From the NCBI RefSeq assembly GCF_009914755.1, contig NC_060938.1: a stretch of DNA of 64,000 nt; one strand, written 5' to 3'. Each line of letters opens with the position of its first letter. The stretch's first letter is position 1. Below the pieces are notes generated by a model that was given only the letters and a program-made list of their open reading frames with translations, had not been told where the DNA came from and made no database searches. Made by a program: the position numbers and the translations under genes. Positions 43,442-56,908 of this stretch are shown piece after piece. Source of the stretch: the human T2T-CHM13v2.0 reference genome, Homo sapiens.

Positions 43442-45883
43442 AATGCTTGTTCAACAAATATTTATTTTTCACCTGCTGGACTAGGAAATACGAAGAATAC
43501 AAAGATGCTTTGGAAATTTTTATACTCTTAACTTGCTTACGGCCAAGTAAGGGATATTAAGTATGAACATCAGTAAACTCTCATCTTGAGTGAAAGTGAC
43601 AGTACGTAGGATGAGTCATGTCAAATGCAAAGGGAGGGGAGCTTTCTACCAGCTGGAGACATCAGGGAAGGTCTCATGGACAGGTGGCTTTTCAGCCAGG
43701 CTTGATTGGTGGATGAGACATAAACACATGATAATAGGATGTGGAATAGGAAGGAGAAAAGGCAGGGATGGGGATCATAGGAGGATATGAAGTTAGCCAC
43801 TGCCCCAGCTTTCCAGCCCTGCTGTGGATATGTGCACACACAAGGGAAAACTGAGGTAAGGAAGCAGGGAGATGAGCGAGGCAGTGTAGTGAGAGCTGCC
43901 TGTGGAATGGAACCTCATTTATAGTGCTTACTCATTGGCTGCCCTGGACCAAGTGCAGAGTAAGCTCATGGAGGGATCCTTTCTTCCTCTACCTAATTGT
44001 CACTTGTTGGTTTGGCAGAGGGGTCAGTGAGTCAGTTCACATAGAGAAACGTTCCAATATTCCTGCTGCTTTGGGACTTTATCAATTTTTCTCTTATACA
44101 GAATGTAAGCTCTGACATATTTATTTGAGTTTAGTGCACTTTGACAGACATTTATGTATAATAAGTAGCTACTATATGTCAGACATTGGCCCCTATTCTG
44201 TGAGGGATATAAAGATGGATAAAATATGTCATTTGCCTTCAAGAAGCCTATGTTCTTATTGGAGTATTAAGGCAAATGAATACACAAAATGTTCTGCCTT
44301 GCATAATTGTCATTGGCCACATGGGAGTTAGGAAAATGCTGAAGGAAATTTTCCTCCATTCTTTTTTTCTCTCCTGTCCTCCCTCCTTTCTTGTCCTTAG
44401 AAATTTAAAGAATTTAGGGATCACATCCAATTGCTGAGAGGAATATTGGGTATATCTAATAAGAATGGCTTTTGGGGACCAGTTTATAGCACAAAATTGT
44501 TGGGGGAGGGTAGAGAACCACCTTGCAAGGTGAAGAGAGCACCATGAGCAAAGGTGCAAAGAGGGAAAAACGGCTCCATTCTGAGATCCACGAGTAGCCC
44601 AGCTTGTAAGAACGTTGACCATTTCGGGTGAAATAATAGGAGATAAGTCTGGAAAAGCAGATCCTGATCCTGCCTGGTTTCAAATCATCTGAATAAATAA
44701 TGCTGTATTACACTTTGGAGTTTCAATCAGTTACACAGCTCTGTGGGCAGATTGTCATGGAATCAGTCCACATTAAAGGTATGGTAGGAATAGCTCTGCC
44801 TCCATAATTATAATTATAAATATATTTTCTCTTTATAGAAAATATAACGTCAGACCCTTTAACATGTTAAATCTCTATGGTTAGGACAGATATAGGAATT
44901 TCACAGACTAGAATTCAATACTATTAAGTGTTTTGTTTTCTTAGAGAAAATGCTTGTAGGCATTTAGTTTTGAAATGGAAATTTCATACCTTTTCTAGGT
45001 TAAAACATTAATATTGTCTTTATCGATGGAGAACATTTCAGCTTATCCACAACTCATTTTTCTTAGGGATTTGATTAAGGTAACTTGTCTTTATGAAGAG
45101 TGCACCAGTCACAAGCTTACTCTATTTCAAAGAGAGGCAATAAACGAAGTGCAGATTTGCAAAGCCCACTCTGGAGGGGTAAATTATTAGAATAAAAGGA
45201 GATTAACATTTTTTTATGCAAAAGTTTCCATAAACATCCTTTTTTCAGTACATTTGTTAAAGATTACTCATTACTTGCTATTCAGGGAAAGCAGCAAACT
45301 TAAGATCAGTGAAAATGATCAGTGAGATGGGCATGTATGAAATGACAGTCATCAGGAAAATATGATGTGATGGGAAAACTCAGGGTTGCACATTGTTTAG
45401 AAACATGCCCACTTGTAATGAGAAGAAGGGTTTTTAAATATTTAAGCTGAAGTCTGATGGTCTATTTTCTAGACTTGAATTGGGATGGAAGGAAATGGGC
45501 AGGGTCCTAGCTGGGCCTTGCTGGGAGCTCCCTTTCTTCTGTATTGAGGTCCCTTGATTCTCAGCACTATAAAACAAAGGAGCAACTTCCTCTCATACAC
45601 TCTTCAGTTCCAATTTTTAACTTTGGGACTTTGGAGTTGAGCCAGTGTGAACATGAGGTGGCTGAGCAGGACTGAGTGATACATGTTCTCTTCAACCTTG
45701 CACCCCAGAGCTAAAAGGAGTTGAAGATTGAAGCTATATTGTAACAGCCATTACTTGCTGCCACAATAACTTTGAACCCTGCAGGGAACCCTGTCATATT
45801 CTTGGCCCAAACATGTCCAAAGCAATAATGGCCTTCTAGTTGTAAAGTAATACTCTAGTGGAAAAACAAATCTAGAGTAAATA

Positions 45884-46203
45884 TTTTTCTTTTCTTTTCT
45901 TTCTTTCTTTTTTTTTTTTTGAGACAAGGTCTTGCTTTGTTGCCCAGGCTGGAGTAGAGTGGCATGATCACAGCTCACTGCAGCTTCAACTTCCCAAGCT
46001 CATGTGATCCTCCTGCCTCAGCCTCCCGAGTAGCTGGGACTACAGGTGTGCACCACCATGTCCAGCTAATTTTTGTATTTTTGGTAGAGACCAGGTCTTG
46101 TCATGTTGCCTAGGCTGGTCTCAAACTCCTGGGCTCAAGTGATTCTCCCACCTCGGCCTCCCAAAGTGCTGGGATTACAGATGTGAGCCACTTTGCCCAG
46201 CCT
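45884..46203 (-). mobile_element. AluJ
   Basis: Full antisense dimer. Confidence 0.9.
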
Positions 46204-48088
46204 GAGTAAACTATTTTTCAATGCTGAAAAAATAGCCCTGTAAACTTTTTCTATTTTGCCTTACAAGGATTTACATAGGTATTGTATTTGGTCAAATCAT
46301 ATATTATGAACCACATGCTGTGATGCTTCACCTTTCTAGCCTCTCATTGAAATAGGGTGTTCCACATACATTGATTTTTTTCCTGATGCATGCCTAATAA
46401 GTAATTATAATATTAACAATTTATTGATCACCCTGCATGTGAAACACTGTAATAAACAAATTCTTAGGTTTTATTTGAATAATTTTTGATAAAAAGTTTC
46501 TCTAAAGTACGTCATACATACTCATTCCTTCATGAACAGATTGTATGAGGCAGAAAAGTGTGAGTGTCCTGGAATCATACTAAAGTGTGTCAGATGGTTT
46601 TCTCTGTATTAGAGGCTCTTACGCTAAGCTGTCTCTGTTGCCTCTTCACTTACTGTCAACTATCCCTTCTCAGCAGTTCACTTTTGAACAGACCAACATT
46701 CATCTGATTGTCTGGGAAACTCGACAACTAAGCTTGTTACCTTATGTGCAGGTCTGAACTGGTAAATTCCGAATTTGACCTTCATGCTCCTATCCCAGAG
46801 AAAAAGTATGTGGGCTTGAGATAGCAAATTTTTGCAATTCCCAGAAACATTTCTTATGCCTCGCGTCTCTTGGCTGTGTCCTGGAAGGCTGAGATTTTGC
46901 CAAATTAACTGAGGAGTTAATAGGTATAAATGACTGCCGAACTCTTTGTTGCATCCTTTATACCGTAATAATAATGGGTGTAACCAAGGCTTGGTTTATA
47001 ATGGTTTGTAACCAAAGCTTGTCATCATTTAGTAGAATGTTTCCTTGCAGAATGAGAGATGAGAATGCCAGTGTGCTGATCTAACCCACCAGACAAAACA
47101 TTTGTTTTCAATTTAGAAATTCTAATGTTTCTTATTAAAAAAAAAAAGGACAAGAGTATTTTGAATAATCCCCAAACCATAAATATAGAAGAGCAAATAT
47201 CAGTCTTCCTTCTCCCAAAGTCCTGAACCAAACCTGATAAGAAGGGGCAGAAGAACAAAGAGAGACAAGGTAACTTCTGACTTTGAAAAATAACAGAGAA
47301 AGTCAATGTCAGGGAGCTGCTCAGATGCTGTTATTTACTAGGTTAAGAGGAGGCCAAGGGCGAAGGTATTTTTTCTTTCCATGTGAACTTTCCGCTCACC
47401 TTCATGTGGTGTTTTTCTGTTTTTAAAAGTTCATGCTTCGCTCTCTTTCTGTTTGTGTCCTCTCCCTTCCTTGTATGTTTCTCATGACATACAGCAGGGC
47501 TTATAATTTGCTATTTATAATTTTGGCTATTTCATTTAAAGAGTGCCTATTGCTAATATCTCAGGGTTTGGAAAAGATTTGTTTTTTGCACTAGCTGATT
47601 AATGAACATAACTAAATTGAGATAATAATTTAAACAAAATAACCCAGTGGTTTTGCCCTCAGTGGATTTTAGACTATAACGTTTTGTAGTTATTCTTACA
47701 TGCTTATTTTACAAAGCTGGAAGGGAAACTTCCTTTATCACTGAGGATAAAACTTTGCCAACATATTAAAAAATTTGCTAAATGCAAAATTTATGTAGGC
47801 ATTTGTCTTGCTGTTTCAGGATAATATTGCTTCATAGCACCCTATTTTTATTCCCATTCCCTAATTCTCCCAGATTACTTGGTTGTTGATGAATACAATA
47901 ACTTTCACCCCTGGACTAGGGCTCTGCCTACTAGGCCATATTGTGCCTTTAAGTTTCTTAAAGTCTGTCTGGAGCAGAAAATTTTGTAGACGCAGAAACA
48001 AGGGTGCCTTATCAATATCTAAGAGAGATTTTAGTGTCACTTCACTTGTGAGTGAGCCACCCACTGACAGCCTTTCTTCTACTGACAG

Positions 48089-48375
48089 GACAACAATCTC
48101 CTGAGAATGACAACACCATCAAGGACCTGCTCCCAGAAGACGCTGGGATCGACCACCAGACAGTTCACCAGCTGATTACAGTGCTCATGAAGTTCATGGC
48201 CAAGGATGAAAGCAGCGCTGAGTCAGACATCAGCAGTGCAAAGGCCTTCAACACGGTCAAGCGACACCTGTACGTCTTACTCGGCTATGACCAGCAGGAA
48301 GGTTGCTTCATGATTGCACCTCAAAAAATGCGCCTGTCAACTTGCTTTAATGCATTCATTGCAGGAATTGCCCAA
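48089..48375 (+). CDS. UNC79: UNC79 exon (QQSPENDNTIKDLLPEDAGIDHQTVHQLITVLMKFMAKDES...FNAFIAGIAQ)
   Basis: ctttcttctactgacag acceptor, CAA|gtaagt donor, 287 nt, phase 1 to 0. Confidence 0.92.
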
Positions 48376-48593
48376 GTAAGTGTAATAACAGCTTTCAGAA
48401 GTCACACCTTTATACTTTTAGTAGAAGCAAGGCATTACATACCATGTAGCCAACGTTGGTTCAGCATAAAGGTTTGTACAAATTGCTTGGTATTATGCAG
48501 GAGTATGTGGAGGGGAATGTGAACATTAGTAAGAATTGGGAGCCTGGCTGAGGAATAGTGAGACAGAAAATGACAGAGAGAGAGACTGCATGC

Positions 48594-48631
<38 letters not shown>
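48594..48631. repeat. Compound (GT)n(GA)n microsatellite
   Basis: Seen directly. Confidence 0.9.
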
Positions 48632-48674
48632 AAGATGCTAACCTTGTAGCATATGAAGAGTGTCTGTACCTTGA

Positions 48675-49006
<332 letters not shown>

Positions 49007-49567
49007 AGTATATTTGGTTTCTAGATCACTGTGCCTATTTTTTTTCAATTACTAACCAAAAATACTTAAATTTGGTTTGTTAATTCTATGTTAGAAATTA
49101 TAATTTTAGTTTATATTAATTTCAATTGTATCTTAATGAAGAAATCTTTCCAGTTAGAAGGAGGTTCTAATATTCACATGTTCCAATACTTTGTTTGGTG
49201 TAAAACAGCTAAATTTGGAGCTACGTAAAGCCTTGTTTTCTCTGTGTGTTTCAGCTACTTTCCATTTGGTATTACACACTCAAATTTACATTTATCTATT
49301 AAAATTGCCATTTTATCAAACATTTTCATGCACAGTAAAAAAAAAAAAAAAAGAATTGGTAGCCTGGTATCATCAAGGGAGCATGGGAGATTTTTTTCCT
49401 TTTGTAAAATATACATACAATTTGCCATTTTAACAGTTGTAAGTGTACAGTTCAGTGGCATTGAGTAATTTTATGTTATTGTGTAACCATCACAAGCATC
49501 CATCCTCAGAACTTTTTTATCATCCTAAACTGAAACTCTGTACCCATTAAACAATAAAAGAGTATAG

Positions 49568-49923
<356 letters not shown>

Positions 49924-50729
49924 TAAAAAAAAAAAAAAAAATCCTCTTCCTTTTTTGGCTTCAGGTGGAGAGAGTTGAATTAATCATACAACTTAACTTT
50001 ATGCCACACCATCATCACTGGCTTTTCCATGTGCATCTGCTACTTCTAACTGCTGTATTGCATGCCATGGTGGACAGACACCATACTTTACTCATCCATT
50101 CCCCTAGTTATGGACTCATATTGCTCCCAATGCCTCACTACCCCAAACAGTTCAGTAATAAGCATCTTTGTATACACACCGTATCAGCCAATGTGAGAAT
50201 TCCTTAGGGAGATGGATCCAGAAGAACTGCTGGGTGGTAGGGTAAATGTATGCCTAATTTGGTCAGTGCTACAAATCTCACTCTCCAGAACAGCTGCACC
50301 AATCTGCAAAGATAGAGGACTTGGGGCTACAGAGATGTGGATATGAATTTCAGCTCCACCTCTGTTATTAGTTGCTAGGGCTTAGGCACTCTCTGCTTGC
50401 TTGCTTATTGGTACACAGATTTCCTTTTTTGATAGATTAGAGAAAACATATTGCAAAGCACCTTGATCAATGCCTGTCTCATGGTAGGAACTCAATAGAT
50501 GATTGCTGTTATTGTCAATTAGCTCAAATAGATTGTAACATAATGAACAAAGATGAGCAACGTGAGAGCAATGTGCGTGTAGTCGTCCTGTGCTGATGCT
50601 GATAACTGGATGGATCACCGCTTTTTCTCAGCTGTCACTGTTTCAGATACCAAAGCCTCCCTCCCTCTTCTCCCCACCCTCTAAGTCCACATTATGCATG
50701 TCTACTTTAGAAATATAAGCTAAAATCAA

Positions 50730-51065
50730 GGCTGGGCATGGTGGCTCATGCTTGTAATCCCAGCACTTTGGTAGGCCGAGGTGGGAGGATCACGAGGTCA
50801 GGAGTTCGAAACCTGCCTGGCCAATATGGTGAAACCCTGTCTCTACTAAAAATACAAAAATTAGCTGGGTGTGGTGCCATGTGCCTGTAGTCCCAGCTAC
50901 ATGGGAGACTGAGGCAGGTGAATCGCTGGAACCTGGGAGGTAGAGTTGCAGTGAGCCAAGATTGCACCACTAAACTCCAGCCTGGGTGACAGAGTGAGAC
51001 TCCATCTCAAAAAAAAAAAAAAAAAAAAAAAAAAGAAAAGAAGAAAAGAAGAAAAGAAAAAAAGA
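50730..51065 (+). mobile_element. AluS
   Basis: Full dimer; TSD agaaatataagctaaaa. Confidence 0.92.
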
Positions 51066-51632
51066 AATATAAGCTAAAAATTAAAAATTAAATTTTTATA
51101 TGGGGTTTGTATAACTCCAGAAAACCCGTGTCAAAAATAACTCCCTAACATTTTGGCATATATTGCTCCCTCCAAATTTATACACATACATAATTTCATA
51201 CTCACATATGTATGTCTGTGCATTTTTACAATAATAGGTTCATATTATACATACTGATATATATGCCACCTTTTTAAAATTTTTTTATTTCAATGGGTTT
51301 TTGGCGAACAGGTGGTGTTTGCTTACATGGTTAAGTTCTTTAGTGGTGATTTCTGAGATTTTGGTGCAACCTTTTTAAACCTAAAATTTATTATGAAGTT
51401 TATATCATGTAAATAAATTTGTATCATATTCTGTATAGTGGCTACATAGTTTTCTGTAGTTATACAAACAGTATTTTGTTTATCTAATCCCATATTATTG
51501 AATATGGAGGTTGTTTTCAGTTTGGGGTGACTATAAACAAAGCCATGCTGAATTTCTTTATACATACATTTTGGAACACTTGTCTGATTATGTCTTTGGG
51601 ATATATTTAATGGCTGTATTAGACGGTATATG

Positions 51633-51950
<318 letters not shown>

Positions 51951-52409
51951 TGTGCTTTTTCTTATTCCTGAATATATATTACTAAATTGTTCTCCTGAAA
52001 GATTGTATCAAGTTTGGTTGGTATAATACTTGGTTCAGATTGAACCAAGTATTGCCGGTCGTCTAGGAATTCCCATTTCTGCAGGTGGTTACCAATACTA
52101 GGTTTCTTCATTGTCTAGTTTAACTCTGGTTAATAGTTGAATGGACAAAATTTTATTTTCAATAGGTACTGAAACAAATAATTAATTAGATTAAAACTAT
52201 TTTCATTTACAAGTTTCAAAAATTTTTTGTGAGGTTGGACTTTTCCTCCTTCTTGCGTACTAGCCATTACTTTTAATATTCTGTGGGATGCCTGTTAAAT
52301 ATTTTGCCTGTTAAAAATTTTAACCACTGGGATGGCTCAAATTTTTCCTTTTGACCTCTGAGTGTTCTTTGTAGTTTTCCATCAGTTATTAATATTTTTT
52401 CTATTTCAG

Positions 52410-52592
52410 GTTATGGACTATAACATTAACTTGGGAAAACACCTTCTCCCCTTAGTGGTTCAGGTGCTCAAATACTGCTCTTGTCCTCAACTCCGGCATT
52501 ATTTCCAACAGCCGCCTCGTTGCTCCCTCTGGTCCCTAAAGCCTCACATCCGGCAGATGTGGTTGAAGGCCTTGCTTGTCATCCTTTACAAG
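52410..52592 (+). CDS. UNC79: UNC79 exon (VMDYNINLGKHLLPLVVQVLKYCSCPQLRHYFQQPPRCSLWSLKPHIRQMWLKALLVILYK)
   Basis: ttttctatttcag acceptor, AAG|gtgagc donor, 183 nt, phase 0 to 0. Confidence 0.93.
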
Positions 52593-53039
52593 GTGAGCTG
52601 GGTGGTCACTGCTGTTTTGGATGCAATGGTTCTCTTAGAGAGCATATAGCATTAGGAGAACACCTGAGTCTTTAGTTGAAAATTTTGTAGAAGTTTGACC
52701 TTCAGAAGGAAGATCAGGATATGCAATTACTGTTAAGAACCAAAGAGCTATTGAAATGAAAATAGAAATGGGAGGCCCTGTTAATATATGCTCTAAAAAT
52801 GTTTAAAACAAAGAATGATAAATGGTAGGCTACTGATCAAGAACCTCTGTTTATACTCAGTCTTGTATTTTGTCTAAGTATTATTATTTCAGAAAACAAA
52901 AGATATCTGAAATTGTATTCATCCACTAAAGGTTTATGCCAGATAATTTTCTTGAAAAGAAATGTAACTATGAACTGGCATGCATTGCTGTCAGTGGTTT
53001 GGTGAAGGAGGAAATGAATATGGTCCCTTGTAAAAATAA

Positions 53040-53326
53040 GGCCATGGGGGAGGGCGTGGTGGCTCACTGCTGTAATCCCAGCACTTATGGGAGGCCGAGG
53101 TGGGTAGGTTGCCTGACTCCGGGAGTTCGAGCCCAGCCTGAGCAACATGGTGAAATCCCATCTCTACAAAAAATTAGCCAAGCATGGTTGCACGTGCCTG
53201 GTCCCACCTACTTGGGAGGCTGAGGTGGGAGGATCACCTGAGCCCGGTAGGCTGCTATGATCACGCCACAGCACTCCAACCTGGGTGACAGAGTGAGACC
53301 CTGTCTCTAACTAAACAAATAAATAA
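53040..53326 (+). mobile_element. AluJ
   Basis: Diverged dimer. Confidence 0.82.
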
Positions 53327-53479
53327 GGCCATGAGCAGAATTTGTTTCTACTTCTCTCTCTCTCTCATATATATATTTATCCCCAAGAGATACTGCAAAA
53401 AGTATCCAGCAAGATCAGGTGGAAAAGCTTACCCTCTAAAATAACCATTTATCTTTTTCTCTCTCGTTTCATTGGGCAG

Positions 53480-53642
53480 TATCCATACCGAGACTGTGAT
53501 ATCAGCAAGATCCTGCTGCATCTGATTCACATAACAGTCAATACACTCAATGCGCAGTATCATAGCTGCAAGCCCCATGCCACGGCAGGACCTTTGTACA
53601 GTGACAACAGTAACATAAGCAGATACAGCGAAAAAGAAAAAG
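53480..53642 (+). CDS. UNC79: UNC79 exon (YPYRDCDISKILLHLIHITVNTLNAQYHSCKPHATAGPLYSDNSNISRYSEKEK)
   Basis: tttcattgggcag acceptor, AAG|gtacat donor, 163 nt, phase 0 to 1. Confidence 0.92.
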
Positions 53643-56179
53643 GTACATATCTAAATTCTATCCCAAACCTAGCTTCAATACATAATAGATTTCTGGACAA
53701 TGTTTTCTTAGGAGATAGAAGAGTGTTCCCAGATATCATTCTGGAGTAAAAAAAAAAATCACTTTCTTAATTTTCCAACTTTCCATGAATGTTGCTGCTT
53801 TAACTTTGAAATTGAGCATTCAAGAGGAATAAATGATGTGCTTCCAAAGCCTGTATCATAAGAAATAATATTTTGTAAGATATTTTCTGCTGTTTGAATC
53901 AGGAGCCTTTGTAAGCCTTTTCTTACGTGTTAGAAGCATCTCGTTTTTGGGCTATAAAATAAGTCTTGGTTGGCACACAGTGGAGCCATTCTTTGTAGGT
54001 CTCTAGTTTGCCCTGGTCTTTGCGCTCATAGAGTTTCAATGGAGTCTAAGTTTGCTGAAGTGCTTTTTCCTAGACTTTTAATTTAATACAAAGTGATTCA
54101 AGGCAAGGGAAATGAAACATTTTTGCTGCATAGGTGTAAGCTATCTCCATTATCAACACTTTTTCTATTGCTACCTTTTTCTAAAAGGGGCAGTAGAATG
54201 CAACTTTAGCTAGGGTAAAATTGCAGCCTGTTTTCAGGTGAGACACGAAGAACCAGGGTGTATATTTTTAGTTTTTAGTGTAAGTCACGGCTGACTAGAT
54301 TTTAAATTGACATCATTTAATCTAGTCTTTGGAAAAAACCAAGTGTCCACTGACCCTTTATGAGGTTAGTAGAGTCTGTTTTAGTAGGACTGCTCTGGAG
54401 ATACCTCAAAAGTATAAATTGTACCAGTGTTCCTGTTTGTTATTGCTGAAAGTTCCAAAAATCTAGTTTGGCTACAGACGGAATTCGAGAACTAGGTTCT
54501 TTAAGTTCTGGTACCATTCAGATCCCTCCTAAAGAATATCTTGTCTACCAGTTTAGGGTTTAGTCTCTGGCAAATTGGGGAGATCTGTTAAGCTATGGAT
54601 GTTTTCAGCGTGGGCTTAGTGTTTGGGCCAAACCCTGATGAACCTTTCTGGATGGGAGGCGCCATCTTGTGGTCTTTCAGTCTTGAGTGTTCAATGCATT
54701 TTGAAAATTGTTTCAAAGTTATGTAATGCAAGTCACGTAACTATTGGTTGGAAAAACTGCATTTTTCAAAGGATATTTTTCCAAAAAGGAAATAGAGAAG
54801 TAAAACAGATTATTGTGTTGCGTTTCCCCAGAAACATGGGAATTTGATAGGCATTCCCATCTTTGTGGAAGTTCACTGGGTTTAAAAACAAATTCATTTT
54901 GATTAACATTTATTTTTATTTAATTAAAAAGTTTAGTATGGTTATTTCATCTAAAATTTACTACTTCAAGTTTCATTTACTTGTAGAATTTTGTGCATTA
55001 GAACAGGGTCAGTCCTTAAAACTTGATGTATATACTGCCCTTATGCTAAAAAAAACCTTGAATAATCATAATCGCACCTGAGCCTCATTTGTCATATAGG
55101 TAGATGTAAATACAGGCCAAACATTATGAGTTCAGTGATATTCAACTTGAATAGTAGGTAAACTCATTATGATGCTATTAAATGCATTTTAGTAGCCTTT
55201 TCTGTTGCCACTTTGTACGTGGCTTTGGCCTTTCAAAAGGACGAAAGAAGAAAATTGGTTAAGTAAACTTTATGGGTTGCAACATATGAACTCTTTCCTC
55301 ATTAACATATTTTGGGGTTTATCTTGGATTTAAAAATGGCCACATGGGTGTAGAAGGGAGGACGTAGAAACAAGTTCAACAGGCACTCAAAGTGACCGGT
55401 TTGTTTATGTAGGATTAGGGATGATAAGTGTCAAAGATTCTTTCTGGGATTCATGAGATCCGTAATAGTTACACGTGGTAAGCGCCTCAGAGAAGAGTCT
55501 TACTTTAATAGGAGGAAATGTTATTTTCTGTTTTCTTTTTCCTTTGTTTACTCTTTCAGTCCATAATCATTCGTGGAGCTTTTGAGATGACAAGTGGCTT
55601 TTCTAAGCTTTTTCTGTGTGTTGCGTGTCTCATTATCAAATGTAGAGTACAGTATTTTGCATTCACACCGTATAAGGTGCATGTACTGTTAGGCTGTGTC
55701 TATGCCAGTTACCAAATCCCATAAAGGCAGATTTTTTTTTCTTTTTTGGAAAGCCCAAGATCCACTCATTTTGTTTAATTTCCTTTCGCCAAATCAGCCT
55801 GAAAATCCACGCAAAGCAGACAAGTCCAAGCAGTGTCACAGGCTCCTGGAAAAAGTAGCTGACATCTATGTGTCATCTGGTGTTAAGCACACTGGAAAAG
55901 TTTCCCAAAAAGGCGCTATTGGACTCTCAAGAAGCCTCTCCTTAAAAATGCTGCCAATTGTCATGTGAAAAGTGATGGGCAATCTTGTAACAGCTTGCTC
56001 TGTCCAATAGATGGAGAATTTGATGCCTGGATGAAATACCAACCCATGGCTAGACTTGGGCTGGTGCAGAAACTAACCCAGACCTTGTTCCATAATGCTT
56101 TCATTGAAATGCTTGTGTAGACACAGCCTAAGAGAGAATAACCTCTTAAGTGTAATTTTGACTTTCTCTCCCCAATTAG

Positions 56180-56329
56180 AAGAAGATAGTGTTTTTGATG
56201 AATCTGATATTCATGATACACCTACTGGACCCTGCAATAAAGAGTCTCAAACTTTTTTTGCAAGATTGAAAAGAATAGGCGGCAGCAAAATGGTGAAATA
56301 TCAGCCGGTTGAGATGAATGTTCAGAGAA
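56180..56329 (+). CDS. UNC79: UNC79 150-nt cassette exon (EEDSVFDESDIHDTPTGPCNKESQTFFARLKRIGGSKMVKYQPVEMNVQRS)
   Basis: ttctctccccaatTAG acceptor, GAA|gtatga donor, phase 1 to 1, open in frame. Confidence 0.8.
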
Positions 56330-56908
56330 GTATGAATTTTTTCTCTTAGTAATTTTATGCAGAAATGTTGTACTCTACCGTTTGTTTGGGGTGAAATCTT
56401 AATTTTATTATGTTACTACACATTTTAATACCGTTGATTTATATATATGTATGCACAAACAGTATATATATATACACATTTATATATATACGTGAATCGA
56501 CAGATACATCATTAATGTCATGATCGTCTTTGAGAGCCATTGCTTGATTTGATTTGTTGCAAAATGTTTGCTTCTCTTCCACACGATTTGAATACAGTTT
56601 CCTAGATCTGCCTCAGCCAAAAAATGATCCCCTCTCCTATGCACAAATGAACAGAGCTGAGGAATTATCCCGAAGCCCGATTTTGGAAATCAGATCTTAA
56701 ACTGCCATTTTGGTTTCTTTCATTCGTAAATTTTCCAGTTTTTGAAATTAGAACGAACCTTACAAAAACTTGGCCAGAAAGTTCGTTTTCCCTCCTGGTG
56801 GAGCTGGGATTGTGATGATGATTTATGCCAATTGTATGCCCAAGGATGAGGGGAAAAAATGGTGAAATCTCCAAGTAAAATAGTACTAGCTTTTTCTGTT
56901 TTGATCAG

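Noticed and set aside
46971-47022. Short imperfect duplication (ataatgg..tgtaacca(a/g)gcttg x2)
   Set aside because: Small, ordinary slippage-type duplication
47221-47269. Purine-rich segment between cccaaag and AAG|gtaact
   Set aside because: 49 nt, frameshifting, stops in the relevant frames; cannot be told from chance splice-like sites
47342-47365. 24-nt microexon-like segment (TGC..TAG|GTTAAGAGGAGGCCAAGGGCGAAG|gtattt)
   Set aside because: In the required phase-1 frame it reads xGT TAA (stop), and the pyrimidine tract is weak; no independent support
48063-48088. Duplicated actgacag giving an in-frame acceptor 18 nt upstream
   Set aside because: The upstream copy looks like the branch point (CTGAC) for the real acceptor, and its AG lacks a pyrimidine tract
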